Below, one piece after another: positions 33,652 to 44,723 of a stretch of 64,000 nt of DNA. The stretch comes from Calditrichia bacterium. Its GTDB lineage: Bacteria; Calditrichota; Calditrichia; JAJRVZ01. The number at the start of each line of letters is the position of its first letter. The first letter of the stretch is position 1. The translations under genes were made by a program, and so were the position numbers. Under the pieces are notes generated by a model. That model searched no databases. It was not told the DNA's origin and saw only the letters and a list, made by a program, of their open reading frames with translations. Location of the stretch: assembly GCA_963796965.1 (NCBI GenBank), contig CAWCNS010000016.1:256001-320000 (forward strand). The letters are read 5' to 3'.

Positions 33652-34071
33652 TTTAAATCCTCCATTTCAAATAATTTTGTTTTAACTAATAAATTGGATG
33701 TTTTTTTTTCTTAATAGATACAGACGTCCTTATATGGGTTGATGAATTTTCATACGGGAATGTCTTCGTCTACGTAATTTCGTATCATTTGTTTTAAATT
33801 AATTGAAATATCGTCCGGGTATCCCCGGTTTCAGCAATTGGGACCAGGTTCAATCTATAATTGCACAGGATTCTTTAGATCTTGGTTGAACTTCTGACTT
33901 TTAAATAGCATGTCGGGAACATTATAAGCGTTAGTATTGTTCATTAATAAAACATTCTTTAACAATTCAGATTGTCCTTAATCCCTTTTCAATAATCATT
34001 GAAATTTTGTTGAATTAAGTGCTAAACCATAGTATAATTGGGACAAATAGCAAATGTATACAGGAGGACTT

Positions 34072-34554
34072 ATGCATCATTCCAAATTAATTACTCTATT
34101 TATTATTCTGACTCTGGTATTTACAGCTATTCATTGTAAGAAAAGTTCACCAACTGAAGGAGATCCTTCAGATCTTGTGGGTAATTGGGCGGCTGGACAA
34201 AATATCGATGGCACTAAAATGACTTATACCTCTATGGGAACACCACCGATTCCTGTTGATATGATTGCTTTTCAATCTGCACTTAATGTCGTCTTAAGAT
34301 CCGATAATACATATACCCTTACTATTGTAGTTCCACCGCTTGATGTGAATGAGATAGAGGAGGGCAAAGTATCTTATTCGGGAAATAGACTCACCTTGAC
34401 GGCTGATGATTATCCGGATGAAGCGATTACCTTTGAGTGGAGTTTAAACGGCGATCTATTAACCTTAAAGTCTAATGATGCGGAATTTGATTTCAATTTT
34501 GATGATGTGGATGATCCCGCTATTCTGGATATCATCCTCCGCAAGGTTGATTAG
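34072..34554 (+). CDS. Lipocalin-like lipoprotein
   Basis: AGGAGG RBS; signal peptide with Cys (AIHCKKSSPT); LVGNW; beta-rich. Confidence 0.6.
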   Translation: MHHSKLITLFIILTLVFTAIHCKKSSPTEGDPSDLVGNWAAGQNIDGTKMTYTSMGTPPIPVDMIAFQSALNVVLRSDNTYTLTIVVPPLDVNEIEEGKVSYSGNRLTLTADDYPDEAITFEWSLNGDLLTLKSNDAEFDFNFDDVDDPAILDIILRKVD

Positions 34555-34599
34555 TTCTTAAAATAGTGAACGATTGATACGTATGATTATTTTTATTTC

Positions 34600-34633
34600 A
34601 ATCCCTGATCCTTTGAAGGGATCAGGGATTTTT
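34600..34633. terminator. Intrinsic terminator between convergent genes
   Basis: AATCCCTGATCC-TTTGAAG-GGATCAGGGATT followed by a T-tract. Confidence 0.8.
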
Positions 34634-34646
34634 ATATAAAGAAAGA

Positions 34647-36404
34647 TTATATACGAGCCTGATAGGTGTACAATTCATAATATCGCCCTTCTTTTTTAAT
34701 TAACTCCTCATGGGTGCCCTGTTCAGCAATCTTACCCTCCTCGATCACCAAAATCTGGTCTGCCTGGCGAATGGTACTGAGTCTATGTGCAATGACAAAG
34801 GTTGTACGACCCTTCATTAAATTGGATAAACTCTCCTGAATAAAAGATTCACTTTCGGTGTCCAGATTGGAAGTTGCTTCATCCAGGATCAGAATCATTG
34901 GATCAGCAAGTAGAGCACGGGCAATAGCCACACGTTGGCGTTGTCCGCCGGATAATTTTACGCCTCGTTCTCCGATTAATGTATCCAAGCCATCTTCAAA
35001 CCGGTCCGTAAATTCGCTCACATGGGCTGCTTTTACTGCAGATAGAAGTTCTTCTTCGCTTGCATCCGGCTTAGGAAATAATATATTTTCTCTTATCGTA
35101 CCTTCGAAGAGAAAGTCATCCTGCAGGACAACGCCTAATTTTGACCGATAACTGCCAAGTTTAATTTTTGCCAAATCGATCCCATCGACAGAAACATAGC
35201 CTGAAAGGGGTTTTAAAAAGGAAGCGGCAATACCTGCAATGGTGGTTTTGCCGGAACCAGAGGTTCCAACAAGAGCAGTGACAGAGCCGGCATCAGCTTT
35301 AAATGAAATATCTTTGAGGACTTCTTTATTCTCCTCATATGAAAAATTTACTTTTTGAAATGATATATTGCCTTGCAATTCTGTTAGAACTTCACTCCTG
35401 TTGGGCTCCTCTCCTTCCTTTTCCAGACTTAACACTTCTTCCATTCTGTCCAATCCCGCAAAGGCCTCCGTAATCTGGCTGCCGATATTGCTCATTTGGA
35501 CGATGGGTGCAATTAAGAATCCCAGATAAAGGGTAAAAGCAAAAAAGTCACCGACTGTCATTTGACCATCAAGAATAAGGTTTCCACCAACACCCATAAT
35601 TAAAACGCTGGCGACACCTAAGAGTAATGTTGCTGCACTGGTAATCAGGCTCGTAGAGGTAAGCGATTTTTTAACATTCTGAAATAGCCGATCAAGACCT
35701 TTTTCAAATGTGGTGATTTCCTGGTGTTCCGCATTAAAACCCTTTATAACTCTTATACCACCCAGCGATTCTGTCAAACGTCCTGTTACCTCTGCATTGA
35801 TCTCACCCCGTTTTCTAAAAATGGGGCGGATATAGGCAAAGGCTTTTAGAGAAACCAAACCGAATAAAATGAGTGGCAATACGGCAAAAAGGGTCATACG
35901 GGCATTTATATGGATCAGAATTCCTAAAGAGATAATTGATGTGAGAACACCACCAAATAACTGGACAAGTCCTGTACCCACTAAATTTCTTACCCCTTCC
36001 ACATCGGTCATGATTCTGGAAACCAATGCTCCGGATTTGGTGTTATCGAAAAAACTGATCGGTAAGTGGATGATCTGTTTTTGCACCTGGGATCGTAATA
36101 AAGCAATAAGGTGCTGGGCTTCAACACTAAGCATACGGGTGAGAGCAAAAGATGTAATAGCCTGAATTGTTACTGCCCCGCCGACCGCTGCTAATAGTAA
36201 ATAAAGAAGTCCCCGATCTCCCTGACCGATTACATCATCAATGAGATATTTACTGGCACCGGGCAGTACGAGACCGCTCAGGCGATTTATGACAATTAAA
36301 ACTAATCCAATCAGGAGAAGATACTTTCTAGGTAGCAGGATCTCTTTTAGAACATATCTGATGCTGTTTGTGGAGAATTTTTTCTTTTTCTTATTATCAT
36401 CCAT
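34647..36404 (-). CDS. ABC exporter, fused permease/ATPase (MsbA/MdlB-like)
   Basis: TM domain; GTSGSGKTT, LSGGQRQR, ILDEATS, IAHRLSTI. Confidence 0.93.
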   Translation of the reverse strand: MDDNKKKKKFSTNSIRYVLKEILLPRKYLLLIGLVLIVINRLSGLVLPGASKYLIDDVIGQGDRGLLYLLLAAVGGAVTIQAITSFALTRMLSVEAQHLIALLRSQVQKQIIHLPISFFDNTKSGALVSRIMTDVEGVRNLVGTGLVQLFGGVLTSIISLGILIHINARMTLFAVLPLILFGLVSLKAFAYIRPIFRKRGEINAEVTGRLTESLGGIRVIKGFNAEHQEITTFEKGLDRLFQNVKKSLTSTSLITSAATLLLGVASVLIMGVGGNLILDGQMTVGDFFAFTLYLGFLIAPIVQMSNIGSQITEAFAGLDRMEEVLSLEKEGEEPNRSEVLTELQGNISFQKVNFSYEENKEVLKDISFKADAGSVTALVGTSGSGKTTIAGIAASFLKPLSGYVSVDGIDLAKIKLGSYRSKLGVVLQDDFLFEGTIRENILFPKPDASEEELLSAVKAAHVSEFTDRFEDGLDTLIGERGVKLSGGQRQRVAIARALLADPMILILDEATSNLDTESESFIQESLSNLMKGRTTFVIAHRLSTIRQADQILVIEEGKIAEQGTHEELIKKEGRYYELYTYQARI

Positions 36405-36627
36405 TGAATTTATATTTCCCTTCTTTATACAATGTTTTAATGAAATTTTGATTTAATTCATTTATACTAAACTCTAAAGACTATAATTTTATTTTGAAAT
36501 GGGGGATAAAAGAAAAATATTTTTAATCACGGATTGACAGAGGATAAAGTAACGAATTATTTTAATTTTGTTTTTATAATGCTTCATATTATTCTGCAGT
36601 AAAAATATATATGCCGTGAAATTTCAC

Positions 36628-39600
36628 TCACTTTCTATTTTTACTCAGGGGTAGCTGTTTAAGTCCATCGATGGGGAGTCGCAGCTTTTCAGCTAATTCT
36701 TTGATATCGGTGAGATCCTCTTCATTAACATAGTGAACGTCCAAAAGCCCACCTGCCTTGTAGCCTGTGCGGAGAAAATTCATTTCGTCAAGACTGAGAC
36801 TCCAGCCTTCCAACCAATTGTTGAGATCACGTTGTTGATCGGGATTACCTGAAAAATTTACCAGAAGATCGATATCACTTCCTGCCTGCGCTGTTGTGTT
36901 TTGTGTACTACCGACTAAATAGAGGGATTTTACACCAAATCTCTGAGCATCCAATTGTGCAGCCATCTTTTCAGCCATCTCACTCCGCCAACGCCAGTGC
37001 TTTCCTTTCTGCTCAACCATAAATTCCTGGATTTCGTCATCTGTAAATACAGAGGATGTGTAGGGACTTAACATTCCGACAGCTTTATCAATATCAGCAT
37101 TCATTAGCACCCTTAAAACCATGCCATTTGTTGCTTCCGGAACTTCAATGACATGAATAGTATCACTAAGATTTGAGTAGGCAGGTAAGAGTTCATAGAG
37201 TGTATTGGGTGATTTTAGCATGAAATCTTCATTAAAAATTACATTCTCTTCATCCGGATAAAGAGGAAGATACCGAATCCCGGCTTCGACCAGATCCTGG
37301 AAAAAATGAGTGCCAAATGAGAGATCCGGAACATAGTTTCCCTTTTTTCGTGCGACTTCAATTAACATCGCCGTATTGTTTATGTCCGAATAGGTAACAC
37401 TCACACCAAGTTTTATATCTCCACGGCTACCCCAGCGGCCAGGCCCGATGAGGATGAATTGACGTTTGGGTAAAATTTGATTCAATTTTCCTATTGCTTT
37501 CCCAATAGCTTTTAGGTCATTGATCGTCGAAATTTCGCTATATTTCTCGGGATTCACATAAACAATATGGGTGATATCCGGTACGGTTCCATTAGAAACG
37601 AATCTGTTTGCTGTAAATATAATTTTATCGGCTGATATATCTTTTGGTATAGGAGAGGGCGCATCATATTTTGAATAACTCTGAGGTCGGCTTTGCAAAA
37701 GATAAAAATCTTTACCATCTGATGCGAATTCTATATCTACCGGATAAGCAAGAGCATTTTGAAGGGTTTTAAGGATTATATGGATCTCTTTTATAAAATC
37801 CGTATTATTGATTAAGCCATCAAAAGTAAAGATTACATCTGCTTCACTAAAATCTGTCTGAAAGGCCATCGGTTTTTTGAGGTGATCATGCTCATATATA
37901 GACACAAGTTTTTCGATGGATGGATAATCATTCCCAAATTTTTTCAACAAGTCTTTTATCTTAATGGTTTCAAAGGCATTTGTTTTGAGATTTAGGACGT
38001 CAATCATTTGGGGTGAATAACGTGCCATATCTTCTACACTTACATTTGCCCGCAGGCCCGGTTGCCCGGCAGCAATCAATACAGGATAATCGGCACTTAG
38101 ACGATCAACCGCACGTGTCCCTAACCCTGGTACGAGGCGCACTAATCCATCTTCGCGCTTAATACGTGGTGACCAGCGAAATTCATTATTACTGAAAGCT
38201 ACCCCAGCAAAAGCCGGAAAATAATAATCTCCTACCTGTTTTCCTACAACTTCCTGAATCATGATACCCATCTCTTCGTGATAATCGATTAACCCCCGTT
38301 CAGAACGATATTGCATCGGATCCGGTCCGAGTGTGGAAGCATAAACTTCGGCTACAGCATCTAAAAGCGCTTCAAGATTATCATTTTTTGTTCCCTGGTT
38401 AGCGAGAAACAAACTTTTATACTTACCTGAAAATGCTGATCCCAGCCGGTCCTCAAGAATACTGGAACTTCTAACGATTACAGGCGAATTTCCAAAATCA
38501 TCGAGGGCCATCGATAAGCCCTGTACGATCTCCTGAGAGAAATGTGAATTTTTAAACAATTGAACAACATGGGGATATTCTTTGCTGACTTCATCAATGG
38601 GTTTATATTTTTGTTCTAGCATTTCCTCCAAATTATTATAATACATAAACTGAATCATAGCATCAGAGGATATATACCAGGTTTTAGGCAGTTTTATGTT
38701 CTCAAAAATTTGGTTGTTTGATTTTTGACTTTGGAGAATTCGGTATGCAAGGATAACGCCTGCGGTTTTTCCACCCAATTTGCCATGACTGCCGGGAGGG
38801 AAAATGAGATGAAGCAACAATTCGTGAAAATCACTTATCCTGATAAAGTTTTTTGCAATTACCACATATTCTAATTGATCCGTTAAGAACCGTCGGATAA
38901 GTCCTGCCCTTATACCGATGCGGGCCGATGGGGCTAATTCCAATCCTTCTTCAGGTGCTATCTGGAAATACCGTCTAACAGCTTTGTTGATATCTGTTAA
39001 GGAAGAGTTTATGTCTGAAGTTGCCCGAACAAGAAAACTGGTTTTATCCTGCTGGATCCATTTGCGAATATTATTAAATATTTCTTCGTCCTGCATATTC
39101 TTTTCGGCAATCTCGAAAACTTTGTTACTCAGTTCATAGGAATCACCGAGAGCGCGGGTTTGGAGAGGACGATTGGTGTCAGCTACAATATCTTCTTCGC
39201 CATATCGTAGTACAGGTAAAAATTGTTGCAGGATTTCTTCTGCTTCGGCAATCCCTTTCCATATTAGATGATTTAGCATTTTTCTCGATATTCTAATAAA
39301 AACATCTGGATCAGTTTTTTTCAGAAGATCAAGTATAATTCGCCACTCACTCTCATTTTTATGTTCATTTGCATCGTTACGAATACCCAATCCCTTGAAT
39401 ACACCACGCAAATTCTGATACATGATGTGATCACCAAGCCGTTTTGCAATAGTTTCTAAAACCCGCTTCTCTTCTTTTATAAAGGGGCCGTCATCCATTT
39501 CAGGCTTTTCTTTTAGATAGTAGATTTCTATTCGTCCGACGGCTTGTTTTTCAACAAAGATATTTTGAATAAGTACCCAGGCCGTGTCTTCAAAATCATG

Positions 39601-39819
39601 GCCTGTTATTAACTCATCCTGAAAGTAAATTTTTGCGCGGCAAATATCCGGATATTGCATCGCAGGAGGTAGGACTTCAGAAACTTTGATTAGTATACTT
39701 TTAAGATCTGACGTGGTGTTTTGTAAGATCTCCTCAACCTCGTATATGCAGTTTAACTCTTTGGCACGTTCCAGCAGGTTCCCAAATAATTTGTCGATGG
39801 GTTTTGATTTCTTAGCCAT
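36628..39819 (-). CDS. PEP/pyruvate-binding (PPDK_N ATP-grasp) protein with a GAF-like N-terminus and a C-terminal nucleotidyltransferase domain
   Basis: GKLGGK, VRSSSILED, FSGKYKS, GLGTRAV, PVDIEFA, LLQSRP, GPGRWGS, SFGTHFFQD; C-terminal LVGS...SDIDLLV. Confidence 0.82.
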   Translation of the reverse strand: MAKKSKPIDKLFGNLLERAKELNCIYEVEEILQNTTSDLKSILIKVSEVLPPAMQYPDICRAKIYFQDELITGHDFEDTAWVLIQNIFVEKQAVGRIEIYYLKEKPEMDDGPFIKEEKRVLETIAKRLGDHIMYQNLRGVFKGLGIRNDANEHKNESEWRIILDLLKKTDPDVFIRISRKMLNHLIWKGIAEAEEILQQFLPVLRYGEEDIVADTNRPLQTRALGDSYELSNKVFEIAEKNMQDEEIFNNIRKWIQQDKTSFLVRATSDINSSLTDINKAVRRYFQIAPEEGLELAPSARIGIRAGLIRRFLTDQLEYVVIAKNFIRISDFHELLLHLIFPPGSHGKLGGKTAGVILAYRILQSQKSNNQIFENIKLPKTWYISSDAMIQFMYYNNLEEMLEQKYKPIDEVSKEYPHVVQLFKNSHFSQEIVQGLSMALDDFGNSPVIVRSSSILEDRLGSAFSGKYKSLFLANQGTKNDNLEALLDAVAEVYASTLGPDPMQYRSERGLIDYHEEMGIMIQEVVGKQVGDYYFPAFAGVAFSNNEFRWSPRIKREDGLVRLVPGLGTRAVDRLSADYPVLIAAGQPGLRANVSVEDMARYSPQMIDVLNLKTNAFETIKIKDLLKKFGNDYPSIEKLVSIYEHDHLKKPMAFQTDFSEADVIFTFDGLINNTDFIKEIHIILKTLQNALAYPVDIEFASDGKDFYLLQSRPQSYSKYDAPSPIPKDISADKIIFTANRFVSNGTVPDITHIVYVNPEKYSEISTINDLKAIGKAIGKLNQILPKRQFILIGPGRWGSRGDIKLGVSVTYSDINNTAMLIEVARKKGNYVPDLSFGTHFFQDLVEAGIRYLPLYPDEENVIFNEDFMLKSPNTLYELLPAYSNLSDTIHVIEVPEATNGMVLRVLMNADIDKAVGMLSPYTSSVFTDDEIQEFMVEQKGKHWRWRSEMAEKMAAQLDAQRFGVKSLYLVGSTQNTTAQAGSDIDLLVNFSGNPDQQRDLNNWLEGWSLSLDEMNFLRTGYKAGGLLDVHYVNEEDLTDIKELAEKLRLPIDGLKQLPLSKNRK

Positions 39820-39907
39820 AGGTTGATCCGTTATATAATTAACAGTTTTTAACCAAGATCCTACTCAATCTTCTGTATAAATTATGTTTGTCCGTCGTCT
39901 GCTAATC

Positions 39908-39938
39908 TGTAAAGAGGTCCCGGTGGGACGTCTCTACA
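39908..39938. repeat. Degenerate copy of the GTAG-type REP palindrome
   Basis: TGTAAAGAGGTCCC-GGT-GGGACGTCTCTACA; the right arm is identical to that at 6655-6668. Confidence 0.75.
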
Positions 39939-40007
39939 AACAAGTGACAGAAATTAAACCTTGTGAACCAGATGAATTATTATTATTGAAAAAAAATATG
40001 CACCTAA

Positions 40008-40048
40008 ATTAAAACATCCGCTGTCAAATAGCCAACGGATGTTTTAAT
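40008..40048 (-). terminator. Probable terminator after gdh
   Basis: ATTAAAACATCCG...CGGATGTTTTAAT, 13-bp inverted repeat. Confidence 0.65.
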
Positions 40049-40076
40049 AATACTGTGTATAATAAAAACAAATATC

Positions 40077-41363
40077 CTATACCCAGCCACGATCTTTGCA
40101 TGCCTGAGCAACCCGGCTAATGGCAATCACATAGGCAGCATCACGCATATATAGTTTACGTTTCGTTGCCAGATCATTGACGGCATGAAAAGCTGAAGTC
40201 ATTTTTTCATCTAACCGGGTAAGAACTTCATCTTTTCCCCAGAAATAATTCATATTACTCTGCACCTGTTCAAAATAACTACAGGTTACACCACCGGCAT
40301 TTGCGAGGAAATCAGGAATTACATATATCTTTTTTTCTTCCAAAAAATTATCTGCTTCAGGCGTTGTTGGTCCATTCGCACCTTCAGCAATAATTTTCAC
40401 TTTTTTATTTATCATATGAACATTATCACCACTTATCTGATTTTCCAATGCACAAGGCATCAGAATATCCACTTCCTGTTTCAACCAGTCATCAGCGGGG
40501 AGTTGTTCATAACCCAATTCTAATGCTTTATCTTTCTCAATACCGCCAAAGCGATCGGTTATCTGCAATAATTCATCTAAATCAACGCCTGTATTTCTAC
40601 GATAGGTGTACGCAGTCTGGTCATTTTGATCCCAGCAGGAGACCGCAATCACTTTTCCTCCGAGCTCTGCATAAAGCCGGATTGCATATTGGGCAACATT
40701 TCCAAATCCCTGTACGCTGGCAATGGTATCCTTGGGGTTAATATTCATATCTTTTAGTGCTTCCCGCAATGTATATATAAGGCCATAGCCAGTCGCTTCG
40801 GTTCGGCCCAATGAACCTCCCATACCAACAGGTTTACCTGTAATAAACCCGGGGAACTTTGATCCCTGGACTGCCTCAAATTCATCCAGCATCCACAGCA
40901 TATGCTGTGCATTGGTCATTACATCAGGGGCCGGAACATCATTTATCGGACCAACATTTTTGGCCATCTGTCGAACCCAACCACGACAAATCTGCTCCTG
41001 TTCTTTTAAACTTAGATTATGCGGATCGCAAATAACACCGCCTTTGCTACCGCCGAGGGGAATGTCAACAACGGCGCATTTCCAGGTCATCCAGGTTGCT
41101 AGTGCACGGACTGTATCAATCGTTTCCTGAGGATGAAAACGGATACCACCTTTTCCAGGTCCACGTGCATCGTTATGTTGTACCCGGAAACCCCGGTAGA
41201 CTTTTACCGAGCCATCATCCATGTGGACCGGTATACTGAAATGGTATTCACGCAGAGGATTGCGTAGCAACTCTCGGATGCCTGCGTCCAGATTAATCAG
41301 ATCGGCAACTTTATCAAATTGAGCCTGCGCCATTTCAAAAGGATTAAATGATTTTCCAGCCAT
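40077..41363 (-). CDS. gdhA: Glu/Leu/Phe/Val dehydrogenase (glutamate dehydrogenase)
   Basis: GPGKGGIRFHP, GGSKGG, DVPAPD, GRTEATGYG, QGFGNV, EGANGP, NAGGVTCSYFE. Confidence 0.9.
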   Translation of the reverse strand: MAGKSFNPFEMAQAQFDKVADLINLDAGIRELLRNPLREYHFSIPVHMDDGSVKVYRGFRVQHNDARGPGKGGIRFHPQETIDTVRALATWMTWKCAVVDIPLGGSKGGVICDPHNLSLKEQEQICRGWVRQMAKNVGPINDVPAPDVMTNAQHMLWMLDEFEAVQGSKFPGFITGKPVGMGGSLGRTEATGYGLIYTLREALKDMNINPKDTIASVQGFGNVAQYAIRLYAELGGKVIAVSCWDQNDQTAYTYRRNTGVDLDELLQITDRFGGIEKDKALELGYEQLPADDWLKQEVDILMPCALENQISGDNVHMINKKVKIIAEGANGPTTPEADNFLEEKKIYVIPDFLANAGGVTCSYFEQVQSNMNYFWGKDEVLTRLDEKMTSAFHAVNDLATKRKLYMRDAAYVIAISRVAQACKDRGWV

Positions 41364-41716
41364 GGTATAAGTTCCTTTCAAAAAAAAAGGTTGAATCAAT
41401 TAGATAGCGTTTCCACTTAAATTTCAGGGTGGAAGATCCCGACAATTTAAATAATAGTTCATTCAAATTGCAATAGAATATTGCTTTATTATTCACCGCC
41501 CGGGCAATTCAAATATCCCTGATATTTTACTTGTTCATTAAATCACATGCAAGGCCTTTTATGGTGTTTTTTTGTGTTACATCCTTTATATTTTGCCCGA
41601 GTTGTTTGGGTGATTGGGATTTAGAGGCACATACCAATATTACAAAAATAAAAGTAGAATTAATTCAGAAAAAATACGATATTTAAAATATCGACAATAA
41701 TTCAAGGAACTTAATT

Positions 41717-42298
41717 ATGCAAAACATTTCCTATGCCGGTCAATTTCGTCCAGCTGTAAAACGCCAAGCGTTGGTTTATGATTTAATGATGGTTCTTGGG
41801 GCATCCATATTTATTGCCTTAAGTGCACAAATTGCTATTCCTGTGCCATTTAGTCCTGTACCGATCACTTTACAGACCTTTGCTGTGCTTCTAACCGGCG
41901 CTTTTATAGGAAGCCGATTGGGAATCCTTGCGGTGCTTGCTTACTTGCTGGAGGGAAGTCTTGGAATTCCCGTTTTTGCCCAGGCCCATGCGGGATTAAT
42001 TCATTTGGTCGGGCCCACTGGTGGCTATTTGCTAGGTTTTGTTCCGGCTGTTTTTATTACGGGCCTTCTCGTTGAGCGAGGGAATCAGATCAGCGTACTC
42101 TGGTCTCTATTCATAATGACTATTGGAACAGCAATTATTTTCCTCTTTGGTCTTACCTGGTTATCCCTGGTATTTAATAGTTCAGAGGCACTCTTAATGG
42201 GTCTTTATCCTTACATTCCAGGTGCGATAATAAAAATTGTTGCAGCTGCCTTGATATTGGTAGGCAGTGATAAAATTATTAAATCAAAATTTGAGTAA
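41717..42298 (+). CDS. bioY: Biotin transporter BioY
   Basis: PVPITLQT, GIPVFA, GPTGGYLLGF. Confidence 0.93.
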   Translation: MQNISYAGQFRPAVKRQALVYDLMMVLGASIFIALSAQIAIPVPFSPVPITLQTFAVLLTGAFIGSRLGILAVLAYLLEGSLGIPVFAQAHAGLIHLVGPTGGYLLGFVPAVFITGLLVERGNQISVLWSLFIMTIGTAIIFLFGLTWLSLVFNSSEALLMGLYPYIPGAIIKIVAAALILVGSDKIIKSKFE

Positions 42299-42544
42299 CC
42301 CCTTCCAGCCCTTTATATGATGATTATTAGAATCGTTTTAATTCGTTCATGAAATTCCATCGGTTGCAAAACATCTGACTTTTTATAAGTTATATATAGT
42401 GTGAACAGTTGGGCCAAGACATTATTGACTCTAACTCCAAAGTTTATAGAAGAAACCAGAAAATACTTTTTGTATTAATATTAACTTTTCTATTTCGCAC
42501 CATTTTATCTAAAACCAGACAGAAAAAATCAATTGGAGCAAAAC

Positions 42545-42985
42545 ATGAAAATATTTCTTTTTTTTATACTCATCGTTCAATTAATATCTGCAATATCTCT
42601 GGCACAAAATTCAACGATCACAAGTGGTGATTTAACAGTTATCGTTAATGGTCTGGAGAGTGAAGAGGGTAAAGTTATGATAGCCCTTAGTCATAGTCAG
42701 GAAGATTATGACACAAAGGGCGAACCTTTTCGTGGTGGAATAGCTGACATTAGCGATTTGACAGCGATCTGGACTTTTAAAAATATTCCAAATGGAACCT
42801 ATGCCCTCAAAGTATTTCATGATGAAGATGAGGATGAGGAACTGGATACGAACTTTATCGGAATTCCATCTGAGGATTATGGATTTTCAAACGATGCCAA
42901 AGGAAGTTTTGGACCAGCAAGTTGGGAGGATGCAAAATTTCTGTTTGAAGTGAAATCTGATACGGTTGTGATTAATGTAGAATGA
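42545..42985 (+). CDS. DUF2141 family exported protein
   Basis: GTYALKVFHDED...NFIGIPSEDYGFSN. Confidence 0.85.
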   Translation: MKIFLFFILIVQLISAISLAQNSTITSGDLTVIVNGLESEEGKVMIALSHSQEDYDTKGEPFRGGIADISDLTAIWTFKNIPNGTYALKVFHDEDEDEELDTNFIGIPSEDYGFSNDAKGSFGPASWEDAKFLFEVKSDTVVINVE

Positions 42986-43026
42986 AATAAATATTCAATA
43001 ATCAACATGGAATACTCAATGTTCAA

Positions 43027-43053
43027 GTAGGAGCGGACCCGTGTGTCCGCCCT
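43027..43053. repeat. GTAG-type REP-like palindrome (second class)
   Basis: GTAGGAGCGGAC-CCGTGT-GTCCGCCCT. Confidence 0.6.
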
Positions 43054-43116
43054 GTCGATGTATCATGATATATTAAATATTTGGTACGGAATGTCCAATT
43101 TTTGGGAATTAAGAGA

Positions 43117-44718
43117 ATGGAAAATCAAGACAAGAAATATGATGTAATTATCATCGGTTCGGGGATGAGCGCCTTATCTTGTGCAAGCATTCTCTCTCAA
43201 ATGTACAAGAAGAAGGTGTTAATCCTGGAGCAGCATGGGAAAATCGGTGGTTTTACGCATTCCTTTAAACGAAAAGCAAAATATGAATGGGATGTGGGAT
43301 TGCACTATGTTGGGGGAATGCGTAAGGGTGAGATGGATCGGTCCGCATTTGACTATATAACGCGAGGGCAGCTGAAGTGGCAGAAAATGCCCGATCCCTA
43401 CGATACATTTATGTATCCAGGTCTGACCTTTAAAGCGAGAGGTGGGGCAGATAATCTTCAAAATGATCTCATTGATAAATTTCCTGCAGAAGAAAGAAGT
43501 ATCAGGCAATATTTTAAGGACGTCAAAATCATCCTCCATTGGTTTGCCAGGTATAATAAAAGTCTAATCTTGCCTGGTTGGATGAAATTTATATCCTGGT
43601 TGATAAAAAGGCCGGGAATGGTTAAAGCAACCATGTTAACCGGGGATTATCTTAACCAAAATTTTGAAGATCAGCGTTTAAAAGCTATCCTGGCATCACA
43701 ATGGGGTGATTACGGATTACCACCCGGAAAAAGCGCTCTCGTGATTCATATGCTGATTGCACATCATTATTTTGAAGGCGGCTATTACCCGGTTGGGGGA
43801 TCAAAAAAGATAGCCGAAACTATCACACCCGTAATAGAAGATGCAGGGGGTACCCTACTTACCCGTCACCGTGTAGAAGAAATTATTGTCAAAAATGGTA
43901 AAGCAACAGGTGTGCGTTGTTTGGCAGGAACAGGGGAGGCATTAGAAGAAAAAACTATTTTCGCTAATAATATAATCTCTGCTGCCGGTGCTTTTATAAC
44001 TTATAACAAACTATTACCCGGGAAATATGCAAAGACGATGAGTGAAAAATTGAAACCTTTTCTACCGGGTCTCAGTAATGTCTCACTCTTTATTGGATTA
44101 AAAGAAGATCCAGAAAAATTGGGTTTTAAAGGTGGGAATTTTTGGATATATGATTCTTTTGACCATGATAATATATTTAATAACAGGAATGATTTGATAA
44201 AGGGGAAGGTTAGGGCGGCCTATGTTTCATTTCCCTCAAAAAAAAATCCACAAGCATTGTCACATACAATGGAAGTGCTTGTTTTTGTTGATTATGAACC
44301 CTTTGCGAACTGGGAAAAACAACCCGTAAAAAAACGTGATGAAACTTATACTCAGATAAAGGACAAAATTTCTGATGGAATTATCTCTTATATCGAAGAT
44401 AGATTTGCCGGATTTAAAGAATTAATAGACTTCTACGAATTGGGTACACCATTGACGAATGTCCATTATACAGCCCATATGTTTGGTAATGTATATGGCA
44501 TTCCTGGTATTCCGGAACGGTACCGATCTAATGTTGTTAGTTATCGTACCCCTGTTAAAAATTTGTATCTGACGGGGGCCGATACAGCTGGCCATGGTAT
44601 TTCAGGAACCCTGATGTCTGGTTTGTTGACCTGTGCTGTTATGATGGGTCTCCCTTCCCATTTGATAAAAATATTTGCAGGAGTGCAAAAATTCAGCAAA
44701 AAACTCGATAATGGATAA
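43117..44718 (+). CDS. Phytoene desaturase-family FAD oxidoreductase (retinol saturase-like)
   Basis: IIGSGMS, GGFTHSF, WDVGLHYVG, YPVGGS, TPLT, NLYLTGAD. Confidence 0.82.
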   Translation: MENQDKKYDVIIIGSGMSALSCASILSQMYKKKVLILEQHGKIGGFTHSFKRKAKYEWDVGLHYVGGMRKGEMDRSAFDYITRGQLKWQKMPDPYDTFMYPGLTFKARGGADNLQNDLIDKFPAEERSIRQYFKDVKIILHWFARYNKSLILPGWMKFISWLIKRPGMVKATMLTGDYLNQNFEDQRLKAILASQWGDYGLPPGKSALVIHMLIAHHYFEGGYYPVGGSKKIAETITPVIEDAGGTLLTRHRVEEIIVKNGKATGVRCLAGTGEALEEKTIFANNIISAAGAFITYNKLLPGKYAKTMSEKLKPFLPGLSNVSLFIGLKEDPEKLGFKGGNFWIYDSFDHDNIFNNRNDLIKGKVRAAYVSFPSKKNPQALSHTMEVLVFVDYEPFANWEKQPVKKRDETYTQIKDKISDGIISYIEDRFAGFKELIDFYELGTPLTNVHYTAHMFGNVYGIPGIPERYRSNVVSYRTPVKNLYLTGADTAGHGISGTLMSGLLTCAVMMGLPSHLIKIFAGVQKFSKKLDNG

Positions 44719-44723
44719 GTGAT

